Shown here piece after piece: positions 1 through 8,715 of a stretch of 64,000 nt of DNA. Position numbers and translations under genes: made by a program. This DNA comes from Myxococcota bacterium. Lineage in GTDB: Bacteria; Myxococcota_A; UBA9042; PHBI01; JAWLBL01. The first letter of the stretch is position 1. Every line of letters begins with the position of its first letter. The notes beneath the pieces were generated by a model. That model saw nothing but the letters and a program-made list of their open reading frames with translations. It searched no databases and was not told the origin of the DNA. The stretch covers positions 51,937-115,936 of the forward strand of contig JAWLBL010000023.1 of NCBI GenBank assembly GCA_041687695.1, written 5' to 3'.

Positions 1-61
1 GAGCCGGCGGGCGTCTGCGAGCGAGCTCGCCTTCGCCGCTCACGCGGGCCGGAGGCCCGCT

Positions 62-90
62 TTGGAGTGCGCTGGCCATGCCAGCGCTTT
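62..90. repeat. REP-like palindrome, TTGGAGT-tagged
   Basis: TTGGAGT followed by hairpin GCGCTGGC-CAT-GCCAGCGC and TTT; the same TTGGAGTGC head recurs at 29192 and, inverted, at 29310. Confidence 0.55.
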
Positions 91-129
91 CCGGCGGCGC
101 AGCCGACGGCGGTGGGGTCGTGACCACGG

Positions 130-2385
130 TCACGGCGCGCCTCCCAGCAGCAGACGCAGGACGGGCAGGACCGAGTCGGCGCGGACCGGGTCGAGCGGTT
201 CGGTGCGGCAGGCTGGAGCGTCTGGGACTCCTTCGGAGGCCGCGGCGCGGGCGGCGCGGACGCCGATGTGACGGCGCTCGGGCGGGGAAAAGGTGGCGAA
301 AGTGCGCCGGAGGAGGGGCAGGCTCGCCTCGAAGGCTTCGGGTGGCAGATTCGCGAGCCAATGGTCGATGAGATCGAAGAGGATGGGATCGTGCGCCAGG
401 ACCAGGCCGCCGCCCTCGAGGAAGCCCTCGACCCAGGCGGCGGCGTGGGTCGGCTCGGCGGCGCGCGACAGGGCCAGCGAGAGCTGGCGAGCGGCCTCGG
501 CCTGGGCCAGGGCCTCGGCGTCGCGCAGCAGGCGCACGACGCGGCCGGCCAGGTGGCCATTGAGGCCGGGGCGCTCGAGCAGGCGGGTCAGGGCGTCGCG
601 CCAGACGGTCAGGAGGTCGGCGTCGCCGTGCAAGCGCAGGGCGGCCTCGGTGGCCTGGACCCGGTCGCGCAGGGCGCGGGCGGCGTCGTCGTCGAGCGAG
701 GCGGCGGCCATGGGCAGCCCGACCGAGGCGCGGGTGACCAGGCCGGCCAGGATGGGGCGCAGGGGCTCGAGCGCGGTGCCGCGGACGTCGCCGTAGCGCA
801 GCAGCTCGCCCAGCGGCGGGACGGCCTCGAGCAGGTGGGGCACGTCGGTGGCGACGGCGGCCAGGGCGGACAGACGGGCCAGCGCCGGGGCCAGCGCGTG
901 AGGCAGGTCGGCGCGGACCAGCGCGTCGACCAGGCGGGTCAGCGTGGGCAGCGCGTCGGCGGCCTCGGCGCGCTGGGTGGCGCTGACGGCGGCGGCCTCG
1001 CCGACGGTGTTGCCCAGGCGGGCGGCGTCCAGCACGGCCAGCGGCAGGTCGGGGCGCCAGCGCAGGCGCCAGGGCTCCTTGAAGGTGCCGCGGGCGCGGT
1101 CCGAGGCGGCCTCGCGCGTGGCCCAGGGCAGGCCGAGCAGCTCGCAGCGGGCCAGCAGCTGCGACTTTTCGAGGTCGCGTGGGCGGCGTAGATCCAGCTC
1201 GAGGGCGTGCTCGTCCTCGCCGCGGTCGCTGAAGGGCAGCCGCAGACGGCGCACGGCGGCGTCGAGGTCCCGTTGCAGCGGCACGGCCGGCGCGTCGGCC
1301 GGCGCGCGGCCGATGGCGTCGCCCAGGACCAGGCGGCGGCGCAGCAGGGTCAGCGGGGCCTCGGCGCCGGCGCACAGGGTGGCGCCGGCGGCCTCGGTCA
1401 CCTCGTCCAGGCCGGGGAGCGGACGGCCGCGCAGGGCGGCCAGGGCCTCGGCCAGCCGCACGGCGTCGACCACGGTGGCGGGCGAGGCGTCGAGGCCCTC
1501 GTCGCGCAGCTGGCGGGCGGCGGCGGTGAGCCACGCGGTCGCGACGCCCTGGCCGGCCGCGAAGAGGTGGTCGTACCAGGCGGGCGCGGGGACCCCGGCG
1601 CCATAGCCGGTCGAGGTCGCCAGGCGCGCGTGCGACCAGGGGACCCAGGTGCAGGCGACCGGGACCTTGGGCAGGCCGGTCAGCAGGGCGGCGTCGGCGC
1701 GGGCCGGGGGCCAGGTGTCGGGGCGCAGGGCCGGGGTGTGCCAGGCGCCGACGACCACGGCGACGTCGCGGTGGCCGGCGGCCTGGGCGCGTCGGATGGC
1801 CTGCCGCATGGCGGCCTCGCGGCGGGCCTCGCGGCGCAGCTCGTCCTCGACGGCGCGGGGCAGGCCCAGGACCGGGCGGGCGCGCTCGACCTCGGCCCGC
1901 AGGGCGACCATGGCCTCGAGCATGGCCGGGAAGATGTCGGCGGGGCCCAGTCGCTGCTCGAAGGTCTGGTCCCAGAAGGTCTCGCCGTCGGGGAAGCCCG
2001 CGGCGTCGGCCAGCTGGTCGAGCGGGTCGGGGCCGAGGTCGCCCGCGGGGGCGCGGTCGGGGGCGTCGTCGGCCAGCTGGTGCGCCATCGGCAGGTCGAT
2101 GAAGCGCAGCGGGACGCGGTGGCGGGCGGCCCAGGTCATGGCCTGCCACTCGGGCGAGAAGACGGCGAAGGGGTGGAAGGCGGCGCGGCGCGGCTGGTCG
2201 GGGACGTAGCTGACCAGGGCGACCGGCGGGGCCATGTCGGCGGCGAGGACCAGCGGGGCCAGGGCGTCGGCCTCGGCGGGGCCTTCGACCAGGACGCAGT
2301 CGGGGGCCAGCGCGTCCAGGGCGCGGGCCAGGCTGCGGGCGGTGCCGGGGCCGTGGTGGCGCACGCCGAAGAGGTGGACGGTCAT
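130..2385 (-). CDS. DUF5682 family protein (YehM-like)
   Basis: 751 aa; N-terminal FGVRHHGPG and VLVEGP, PFAVFSPEWQA, VVVGAWH, W-S-x-x-RL...GYGAG motifs; ATGA overlap with the upstream gene. Confidence 0.85.
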   Translation of the reverse strand: MTVHLFGVRHHGPGTARSLARALDALAPDCVLVEGPAEADALAPLVLAADMAPPVALVSYVPDQPRRAAFHPFAVFSPEWQAMTWAARHRVPLRFIDLPMAHQLADDAPDRAPAGDLGPDPLDQLADAAGFPDGETFWDQTFEQRLGPADIFPAMLEAMVALRAEVERARPVLGLPRAVEDELRREARREAAMRQAIRRAQAAGHRDVAVVVGAWHTPALRPDTWPPARADAALLTGLPKVPVACTWVPWSHARLATSTGYGAGVPAPAWYDHLFAAGQGVATAWLTAAARQLRDEGLDASPATVVDAVRLAEALAALRGRPLPGLDEVTEAAGATLCAGAEAPLTLLRRRLVLGDAIGRAPADAPAVPLQRDLDAAVRRLRLPFSDRGEDEHALELDLRRPRDLEKSQLLARCELLGLPWATREAASDRARGTFKEPWRLRWRPDLPLAVLDAARLGNTVGEAAAVSATQRAEAADALPTLTRLVDALVRADLPHALAPALARLSALAAVATDVPHLLEAVPPLGELLRYGDVRGTALEPLRPILAGLVTRASVGLPMAAASLDDDAARALRDRVQATEAALRLHGDADLLTVWRDALTRLLERPGLNGHLAGRVVRLLRDAEALAQAEAARQLSLALSRAAEPTHAAAWVEGFLEGGGLVLAHDPILFDLIDHWLANLPPEAFEASLPLLRRTFATFSPPERRHIGVRAARAAASEGVPDAPACRTEPLDPVRADSVLPVLRLLLGGAP

Positions 2386-3806
2386 CGGGGGCCCCCGCGC
2401 AGGGCCTGAGCGACGGCGCGGCGGCGGGCGAGCAGGTCGCGGGCCTGGGCGAGGTCGGCGGCGGCGTCAGGGTCGGGTGAGGTCAGGTCGGCCGGGTCGA
2501 GGGCGTCGATGGGGACGTGACGGGCCAGATCGAGGGCGTGCTCGGCGGCGGCGAAGGCGCGCGGGCTATGGAGGTCGCGGCGCAGGCGGGCGCGGAACAG
2601 GTGGGTGAGGGCCGGACTCCAGGGGCCGGGCAGGTCGACCAGCGGCCAGGCGGCGGGGATGTCGTCGAGGGGGCCGAGGTTGCGCGTGAGCAGCTCGAGG
2701 ACGAGGGCGTCGCCCTTGGCGGGGCCGATGAGGCGCGTCAGGGCGGCGACCGTGGGGCGGGTGAGGGCGACCTTGTCCCAGTCCTGGGCGCCGTCGAGGG
2801 CTCCGCGGAGGAGGGCGGCGGCGAAGGGGCGGTCGCGGTGGCGCAGGGCGGCGCGGGCCAGGGGCTGCGCCAGGGCGGCGTGGTCGGTGGCGAGGAGATC
2901 GGAGACGAAGCGCTCGGGCGGGCAGCGCAGGGCGCGGGTCAGGGCCGAGGGCGGGGCCAGGGCCAGCATCTGGGCCAGCCAGCCGGCGCGCGGGCCGAAG
3001 ACGTCGGTCTCGGGGGAGCGCTCGGTCAGGCCGTCGCGGCGGGCGGCGTCGTCGAGGGCGTCGGGGAGGGTCACCTCGAGGTAGTGCAGCCCCTCGTGGT
3101 GGACGGCGAAGCAGACGGCGACGCGGGCGGCCATGCGGGCCGACAGGGCCGAGCCGGGCAGGGTGGCCAGGAGGTCGGCGGCGGCCTGGCGGACTTCTTT
3201 GCGGCGGTCGTCGAGGGCGGCTTCGAGCAGGGGCTCGTCGGCGCGGGTGGGGCCAGCGCGGCGCAGGGCGTCGAGGGTGGCCAGGCGCTCGGGGAGCGGA
3301 GCGGCGGTGAAGGTGGCGAGATCAGCGGGCGCGGGTGGAGGCGGCGGGGCGGCGAAGGCGAAGGCCGGGTGGCGGGCGGCGAGCCAGGGGCCGAGGGGGC
3401 CGACGGCGCGGAGGGCGGCGGGCTGCAGCGCCGGGTGGCGGCGGGCGAGGTCGAGCAGGGCGGGGGCCAGGGCGGCTGGCGGGCGGACGGCGGCGGCCTG
3501 GGCGGCGGCGAGCCACTCGGCGACCAGGGCGTGCTCGCGGGCGCGGGTCAGGGCGGCCAGCAGGGCGGCGGCGTCGGGGGCGCAGACGGGGCGCGGGTCG
3601 GGGGCGGCGGCCGGGGGCGGTGGGGGTGCGGGGGAGGGGACGCGACCGGCCTGGGCGTGGAGGGCGGCGGCGCCGGCGGCCAGGAGCAGGCGCCACTCGG
3701 GGGTGTGGGCGGCGAGGGGCGGCGCGAGCGGCGGGAAGGCGTCGGCGGGCGGGGCGCGGCGGTCGGTGCCCAGGACGGCGGCGGTGAGCAGGGCGTCGCC
3801 GGTCAT
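2382..3806 (-). CDS. DUF5691-domain protein
   Basis: 474 aa from ATG 3806 (MTGDALLTAAVLGTDRR); LEAALDDRRKEVRQAAADLL motif; ATGA overlaps on both sides. Confidence 0.75.
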   Translation of the reverse strand: MTGDALLTAAVLGTDRRAPPADAFPPLAPPLAAHTPEWRLLLAAGAAALHAQAGRVPSPAPPPPPAAAPDPRPVCAPDAAALLAALTRAREHALVAEWLAAAQAAAVRPPAALAPALLDLARRHPALQPAALRAVGPLGPWLAARHPAFAFAAPPPPPAPADLATFTAAPLPERLATLDALRRAGPTRADEPLLEAALDDRRKEVRQAAADLLATLPGSALSARMAARVAVCFAVHHEGLHYLEVTLPDALDDAARRDGLTERSPETDVFGPRAGWLAQMLALAPPSALTRALRCPPERFVSDLLATDHAALAQPLARAALRHRDRPFAAALLRGALDGAQDWDKVALTRPTVAALTRLIGPAKGDALVLELLTRNLGPLDDIPAAWPLVDLPGPWSPALTHLFRARLRRDLHSPRAFAAAEHALDLARHVPIDALDPADLTSPDPDAAADLAQARDLLARRRAVAQALRGGPR

Positions 3807-4771
3807 GGGGCGTCCTCGGTGAGGGCGACGTGGCCGTCGGCGGACCAGGCGGCGAGCGGGTGCAGCGCGTGGCCGTCCCACTCGGCGGCGAGGGCGAGGG
3901 GGCGGCCGGCGGAGGCGGCGGCGAGGGTGAGCGGGGAGGGGGCGCGGGGGGCGACGGGGAGGGTGAGGCCGTCGGGGTCGCGGACGAGGGGGCGGCCGGC
4001 GTCGAGGTCGACGGTGACGGGGGCGAGCAGGGCGAGGCCGGCTTCGGCGAAGGGGGCGCGGGAGAGGAGGGCGGCGTGGGCGGTCAGGGCGTCGGTGAGG
4101 GTGCCGCGGGCGGGGCAGGCGGCCCAGTCGGCGGGGACCTGGGTGCCAGTGGCGACGAGGGCGCGCTGGGCGGCGGCGCCGGGGTAGAAGGCGAGCTGGC
4201 CGTCGAAGGCGTCGCCGGGGAAGAGGGTGGTCGGCAGGGGTTGGTGGGCGGGGCCGAACTCGAGGACGAAGGCGGCGCGGGCGGTGTGGTGGCCGAGGAG
4301 CCAGGTGCGGCGGGCGCGGAGGCCGGGCTCGGGGAGGGCGCGGGCGCCCAGGACCCACCAGCGGTCGGCGACGAGGGGGCCGGCGAGGACGTCGGCGCGG
4401 GGGGTGGTCCAGCCGACGAAGGCGCGGAGGTCGGCGCGGAGCGGGGCGGGGAGGGCGGCCTCGTGGTGCATGGCCTGGGCGGCGAGGGCGAGGCGGCCGA
4501 GGTGGGCGAGGAGGGGGGCCTCGAAGGCGTCGGCCTCGGCGGTCAGGGCGGCGGCGAGGCGGAGCTGGCGGGCGAGGCCGGGGGCCTTGGCGTCGACCAG
4601 GCGGCGGGCGGCGGCCTCGAAGGTGGCCGGGTCGCGGACGGCGGGGGCGCCGAGGCCGTGGCGCATCAGATCCGAGAGCCAGGCCTGCAGGAAGGCCAGG
4701 CCGTCGTGGACCGCGGTGGCGCGGGCGTCGGGCGGCGCGAGCGCCGGGGTGGGGTCGAGGGTCGAGGTCAC
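3803..4771 (-). CDS. C-terminal portion of SWIM-zinc-finger family protein (YehQ-like); SWIM domain absent
   Basis: 322 aa; WLSDLMRHGL, AARRLVDAKAPGLA, FYPGAAAQRAL, AEWDG motifs; in-frame TAA 10 codons upstream of the GTG start. Confidence 0.65.
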   Translation of the reverse strand: MTSTLDPTPALAPPDARATAVHDGLAFLQAWLSDLMRHGLGAPAVRDPATFEAAARRLVDAKAPGLARQLRLAAALTAEADAFEAPLLAHLGRLALAAQAMHHEAALPAPLRADLRAFVGWTTPRADVLAGPLVADRWWVLGARALPEPGLRARRTWLLGHHTARAAFVLEFGPAHQPLPTTLFPGDAFDGQLAFYPGAAAQRALVATGTQVPADWAACPARGTLTDALTAHAALLSRAPFAEAGLALLAPVTVDLDAGRPLVRDPDGLTLPVAPRAPSPLTLAAASAGRPLALAAEWDGHALHPLAAWSADGHVALTEDAP

Positions 4772-4852
4772 GAGCGTCCAGCCGGTCGGCGGCGCACCTT
4801 AGCTCAGGGAGGCGCCGCCGGCCAGCCGGTCGGTAGCAGGCCGGGCGGCCGC

Positions 4853-7800
4853 CTACTCGCCGTCGCAGTCGGTCGGCTCGTTGACGCAGACCTTGTCGAT
4901 GGGGTCGTAGTCGTCGGTCGTGCACGGGTCGCCGTCGTCGCAGTCGACCTCGCACAGGGTCGGCCGCAGGACGGTGCAGGTCGCGTCGTTCCAGCCGCCG
5001 GTGGGGCACCACCCCATCGTCACGCAGTCCTCGCCGCTCGAGAACGCGTTCGGCTCGCCGGGGCACCACTGGGTGTAGGTCGAGATCCCGCTGTCCCAGA
5101 CGAAGGTCCCCTCGACGGCGAGGTCCGACAGGCCGATCCACCACTGCTTGGTCCACTGCGGCTCGATGCCCGCCCACAGCATGTCGTTCTCGGCCTCGTC
5201 CTGGATGGTGACCAGGTCGCCGCCGTAGGCCTGGCACGCGGCCTTGCCCTGCGCGCGCGTCAGCGGCGTCGGGCAGTACAGCCAGTGGTTGCCCGCCGCG
5301 CTGAGCAGCTTGGGCGGCGCGTTGACGCAGCCGACCGCCGGGTCGCAGGAGTCGGTCGTGCACGGGTCGGTGTCGGGGCAGGTCCCGGTGATGTCCAGGT
5401 GGACGCACCCGGTCGCCGGGTTGCACGAGTCCTGCGTGCAGGCGTTGCCGTCGTCGCAGTCCTTCACCGGGAACACGCACCCGACCGCCGGGTCGCACCC
5501 GTCGACCGTGCAGGCGCTGTCGTCGAAGCAGCTCGCGCTGACGTCGACGTTCACGCACGCGCCGGTCGCCACGTCGTACGAGTCCTTGGTGCACGCGTTG
5601 CCGTCGTCGCACGAGATCTCGCACACGAACGGCGCCGGCGCCCCGCAGCTGACGTCCGCCCAGCCGCCCCCCGCGCAGGCGTTCATGTTCACACAATCCT
5701 GCCCGCCGGCGTCGTCCGGCTGCCCGCCGCACCAATTCAAGTAGCTCGAGGTCCCCGCGTCCCACACCCAGGTCCCCTCGGCCGCCTCGTCGCTCAGCCC
5801 GATGCGCCACGCCCCGCCCCCGACCGCCATCACGTCGGCCGTCAGCGCGTCGTTCTCGGCCTTGTCGCCGACCGTCGCCAGCGCCCCGCCCTGGGCCGCG
5901 CACGCCGCCCGCGCCTCGGCCTGGGTGCTGAGCTCGCCGCAGAACACGTACCCGACGTCTCCGTGCGCCGTCTCGGGCGCCGGCCCGACCAGGCACCCCG
6001 CCACCGGGTCGCACTCGTCCACCGTGCACGGGTCCCCGTCGTCGCAGCCGCCGTTGTCGTCCACGAACTCGCACCCCTTGCTGGGCACGCACGTGTCCGC
6101 CGTGCACGGGTCCCCGTCGACGCACTCGCCCGAGATGTCCTCGTGCACGCACTCGCCCGTCTCCGGGTCGTACGTGTCCAGCGTGCACGCGTCCCCGTCG
6201 TCGCACGACAGCTCGCACAAGAACGGATGCGTCTGGTTGCACGCCCGCGTCGCCCACCCGCCCCCGTCGCAGCTGCCGGCCGTCACGCAGTCCAGGTTGG
6301 CGTTCGAGTCGCTCGGCTGACCCGAGCACCAGGCGTCGAACTCGCCCAGCGGCTTGCCGTTCGCCCACAGGAACGCGCCCTCGGTCTGCACGTCGCTCAG
6401 GCCGATCCACCAGCGCCCCGAGGTCGCCGCCGCCATGAGCGCCGTCACCCACGCCTGCTCGGCCGCGTCCTCGACCACCACCAGCCGCCCGCCCCGCGCC
6501 TGGCACGCGTTGCGCGCCTGGTTGGCGGTGGCGCTCTGCGCGCACACGAAGTAACCGCTGGGCCCCAACGCCGAGACGGACGGCTCGCTGGCCGTGCACC
6601 CGGCCGCCGGGTCGCAGGCGTCGACCGTGCACGGGTCGCCGTCGCTACACGTCTTGGGCGCGTTCTGGCAGGCCCCGGTCGCCGCCACGCAGGTGTCGGT
6701 CGTGCAAGCGTCCCCGTCGTCGCACTTGGCCGACTGGTCGTCGTGCAGGCACTCGCCCGTCGCCGCGTCGCAGCTGTCCTCGGTGCAGGCGTCCCCGTCG
6801 TCACAGGCCTTGAGCGTGGCCACGCAGGCGCCGTTTTCCGCATTGCACACGTCGTCCGTGCACGGATCCCCGTCGTCGCAGGCCACCGGCTCGGCCGTGC
6901 AGCCGCTCGCGGGCGAGCAGCCATCCGTGGTGCACGGGTCGCCGTCGTCGCAGTCCAGCGGCGCCGCCTGGCAGCCGCTCTGGGCGTCGCACGCGTCGAC
7001 CGTGCAGGCGTCGCCGTCGTCGCAGGTCACGGCCTCGTGGACGCACCCGCTGGCCGGGTCGCACGAGTCGGTCGTGCAGGCGTCGCCGTCGTCGCAGTCG
7101 GTCGGCGTCGTCCCGCAGCCCACGCCGGGCGTGCAGGCATCGACCGTGCAAGGGTCGCCGTCGTCGCAGGTCTCGGCCGCGTGCGTGCAGGCGCCCTGGG
7201 CGCCGCAGCCGTCGACCGTGCACGGGTCACCGTCGTCGCAGTCCTTGGGCACCGACTTGCAGCCCACGCCCGGCTCGCAGGCGTCGACCGTGCACGGGTC
7301 ACCGTCGTCGCAGTCGGCCTCTGTGTGGGCGCAGCCGGTCTCGGTGCAGGTGTCGGTCGTGCAGGGGTCGCCGTCGTCGCACACGTTGACGTTGCTGCAT
7401 CCCAGGGCCGGGTCGCAGCCGTCCGTGGTGCACGGGTCGCCGTCGTCGCAGTCCAGCGCGGCGAACTGGCAATCGCCGCCCGCGCCGCAGGTGTCGGTCG
7501 TGCAGGCGTCGCCGTCGTCGCAGGTGACCGGGGCCGACTCGCAGCCCGAGGCCGCGTTGCACGCGTCGGTCGTGCAGGCGTCGCCGTCGTCGCAGTCGGT
7601 GGCGAGGGTCACGCAGCCGGCGATCGGGTCGCAGCCGTCGTCGGTGCAGGCGTCGCCGTCGTCGCAGTGGACGGGCTGGAAGGCGCACAGGCCGGTCGCC
7701 GGGTTGCAGACGCCCTGGTGCAGGCAGGCGTCGGGCGGCGCGCACGTGACGGGGGTGCCGGGCGTGCAGACGCCGGCGAGGCACGTGTCCGCGAAGGTGC

Positions 7801-8506
7801 AGAGGTCGCCGTCCTCGCAGGGGGCCTCGTCGGCGAGCGGCTCGAGGTCGCAGCCTTGTGCGGCGCACACCCAGGCGTGGCAGGCGGGGGCCGGGCCGCC
7901 GGCGGCCTCGCACTCGGCGGCGGAGTCGCAGGGGAGGTCGATGATGTCCGGGCCGATCGCGGTGTCCGGGTCCGTGGCCGAGTCGGGGTCGGCGTCCGTG
8001 AGCGTGTCCGGGTCCGTGACCGAGTCCGGGTCCGTGGCCGAGTCCGGGTCCGTGGCCGAGTCCGGGTCCGTGGCCGAGTCCGGGTCCGTGGCCGTGTCGG
8101 GGTCGATGGCCGAGTCCGGGTCCGTGGCCGAGTCCGGGTCCGTAGCCGAGTCCGGGTCGGTGGCCGAGTCGGGGTCCGTGGCCGAGTCCGGGTCGGTGAC
8201 CGAGTCCGGGTCCGTGGTCGAGTCCGGATCGGTGATCGAATCCGGGTCGGTGACCGAGTCCGGGTCGGTGATCGAATCCGGATCGGTCACCGAGTCCGGC
8301 TCGGTCACCGTGTCCGCGTCGGGGTCGACGACTCCGTCCGGGTCGGTCCTGGCGTCCTCGCTCGAGGCGTCGGTCACGTCGAGCATCGTGTCCACCGTCG
8401 ACGTGTCGCCGTCGCGGTTGCTGCGTCCGCCGCCGCACGCGACCAGGGCCACCGCGAGCGCGGCCACGAAGATGGTCGTCCCCTTGCCGCCATGCACCCG
8501 TCGCAT
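4853..8506 (-). CDS. Large Cys-rich repeat lipoprotein with three C-type lectin domains
   Basis: 1217 aa from ATG 8506; signal/lipobox LVAC; Thr-Asp-Pro tether; about 24 CDDG(D/N)xCT-type repeats; three WIGLSD-type/EG-x-F/W-x-W C-type lectin modules. Confidence 0.85.
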   Translation of the reverse strand: MRRVHGGKGTTIFVAALAVALVACGGGRSNRDGDTSTVDTMLDVTDASSEDARTDPDGVVDPDADTVTEPDSVTDPDSITDPDSVTDPDSITDPDSTTDPDSVTDPDSATDPDSATDPDSATDPDSATDPDSAIDPDTATDPDSATDPDSATDPDSATDPDSVTDPDTLTDADPDSATDPDTAIGPDIIDLPCDSAAECEAAGGPAPACHAWVCAAQGCDLEPLADEAPCEDGDLCTFADTCLAGVCTPGTPVTCAPPDACLHQGVCNPATGLCAFQPVHCDDGDACTDDGCDPIAGCVTLATDCDDGDACTTDACNAASGCESAPVTCDDGDACTTDTCGAGGDCQFAALDCDDGDPCTTDGCDPALGCSNVNVCDDGDPCTTDTCTETGCAHTEADCDDGDPCTVDACEPGVGCKSVPKDCDDGDPCTVDGCGAQGACTHAAETCDDGDPCTVDACTPGVGCGTTPTDCDDGDACTTDSCDPASGCVHEAVTCDDGDACTVDACDAQSGCQAAPLDCDDGDPCTTDGCSPASGCTAEPVACDDGDPCTDDVCNAENGACVATLKACDDGDACTEDSCDAATGECLHDDQSAKCDDGDACTTDTCVAATGACQNAPKTCSDGDPCTVDACDPAAGCTASEPSVSALGPSGYFVCAQSATANQARNACQARGGRLVVVEDAAEQAWVTALMAAATSGRWWIGLSDVQTEGAFLWANGKPLGEFDAWCSGQPSDSNANLDCVTAGSCDGGGWATRACNQTHPFLCELSCDDGDACTLDTYDPETGECVHEDISGECVDGDPCTADTCVPSKGCEFVDDNGGCDDGDPCTVDECDPVAGCLVGPAPETAHGDVGYVFCGELSTQAEARAACAAQGGALATVGDKAENDALTADVMAVGGGAWRIGLSDEAAEGTWVWDAGTSSYLNWCGGQPDDAGGQDCVNMNACAGGGWADVSCGAPAPFVCEISCDDGNACTKDSYDVATGACVNVDVSASCFDDSACTVDGCDPAVGCVFPVKDCDDGNACTQDSCNPATGCVHLDITGTCPDTDPCTTDSCDPAVGCVNAPPKLLSAAGNHWLYCPTPLTRAQGKAACQAYGGDLVTIQDEAENDMLWAGIEPQWTKQWWIGLSDLAVEGTFVWDSGISTYTQWCPGEPNAFSSGEDCVTMGWCPTGGWNDATCTVLRPTLCEVDCDDGDPCTTDDYDPIDKVCVNEPTDCDGE
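7960..8310 (-). repeat. Coding 18-bp tandem repeat (TDPDSA)n
   Basis: About 18-19 units of GTCCGGGTCCGTGGCCGA-like sequence on the + strand. Confidence 0.9.
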
Positions 8507-8715
8507 GCGGGTCCCCCTACCGTCACGTCTGTGTCCCCGCGGCCACCGGCGCCTCGCCGGCGGCCGTATTCGGCCTGTGCACACAGCCTAGAGGACGCCC
8601 CGCGCCGCCACAAGCGCGTCGACGACGGCGGGTCCGACGCGGCTTTGAATGAATGCGCTGCGCCGCCGTGCGTCAGGGGGCCCGCTTCCGGAACCGCCGT
8701 CCGCTCGAGGCTCCC

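Noticed and set aside
2382..6632. Long ORF-track extensions (also 21268-24012, 31427-34003, 34602-39638, 40797-43442, 59028-61103)
   Set aside because: N-terminal parts are Arg/Gly/Pro-rich off-frame reads over other genes; true starts were chosen from RBS or stop-start overlaps
7960..8310. Possible CRISPR array (also the 30-bp repeat at 24127)
   Set aside because: Units are contiguous with no unique spacers, lie in coding frame, and no cas genes are present
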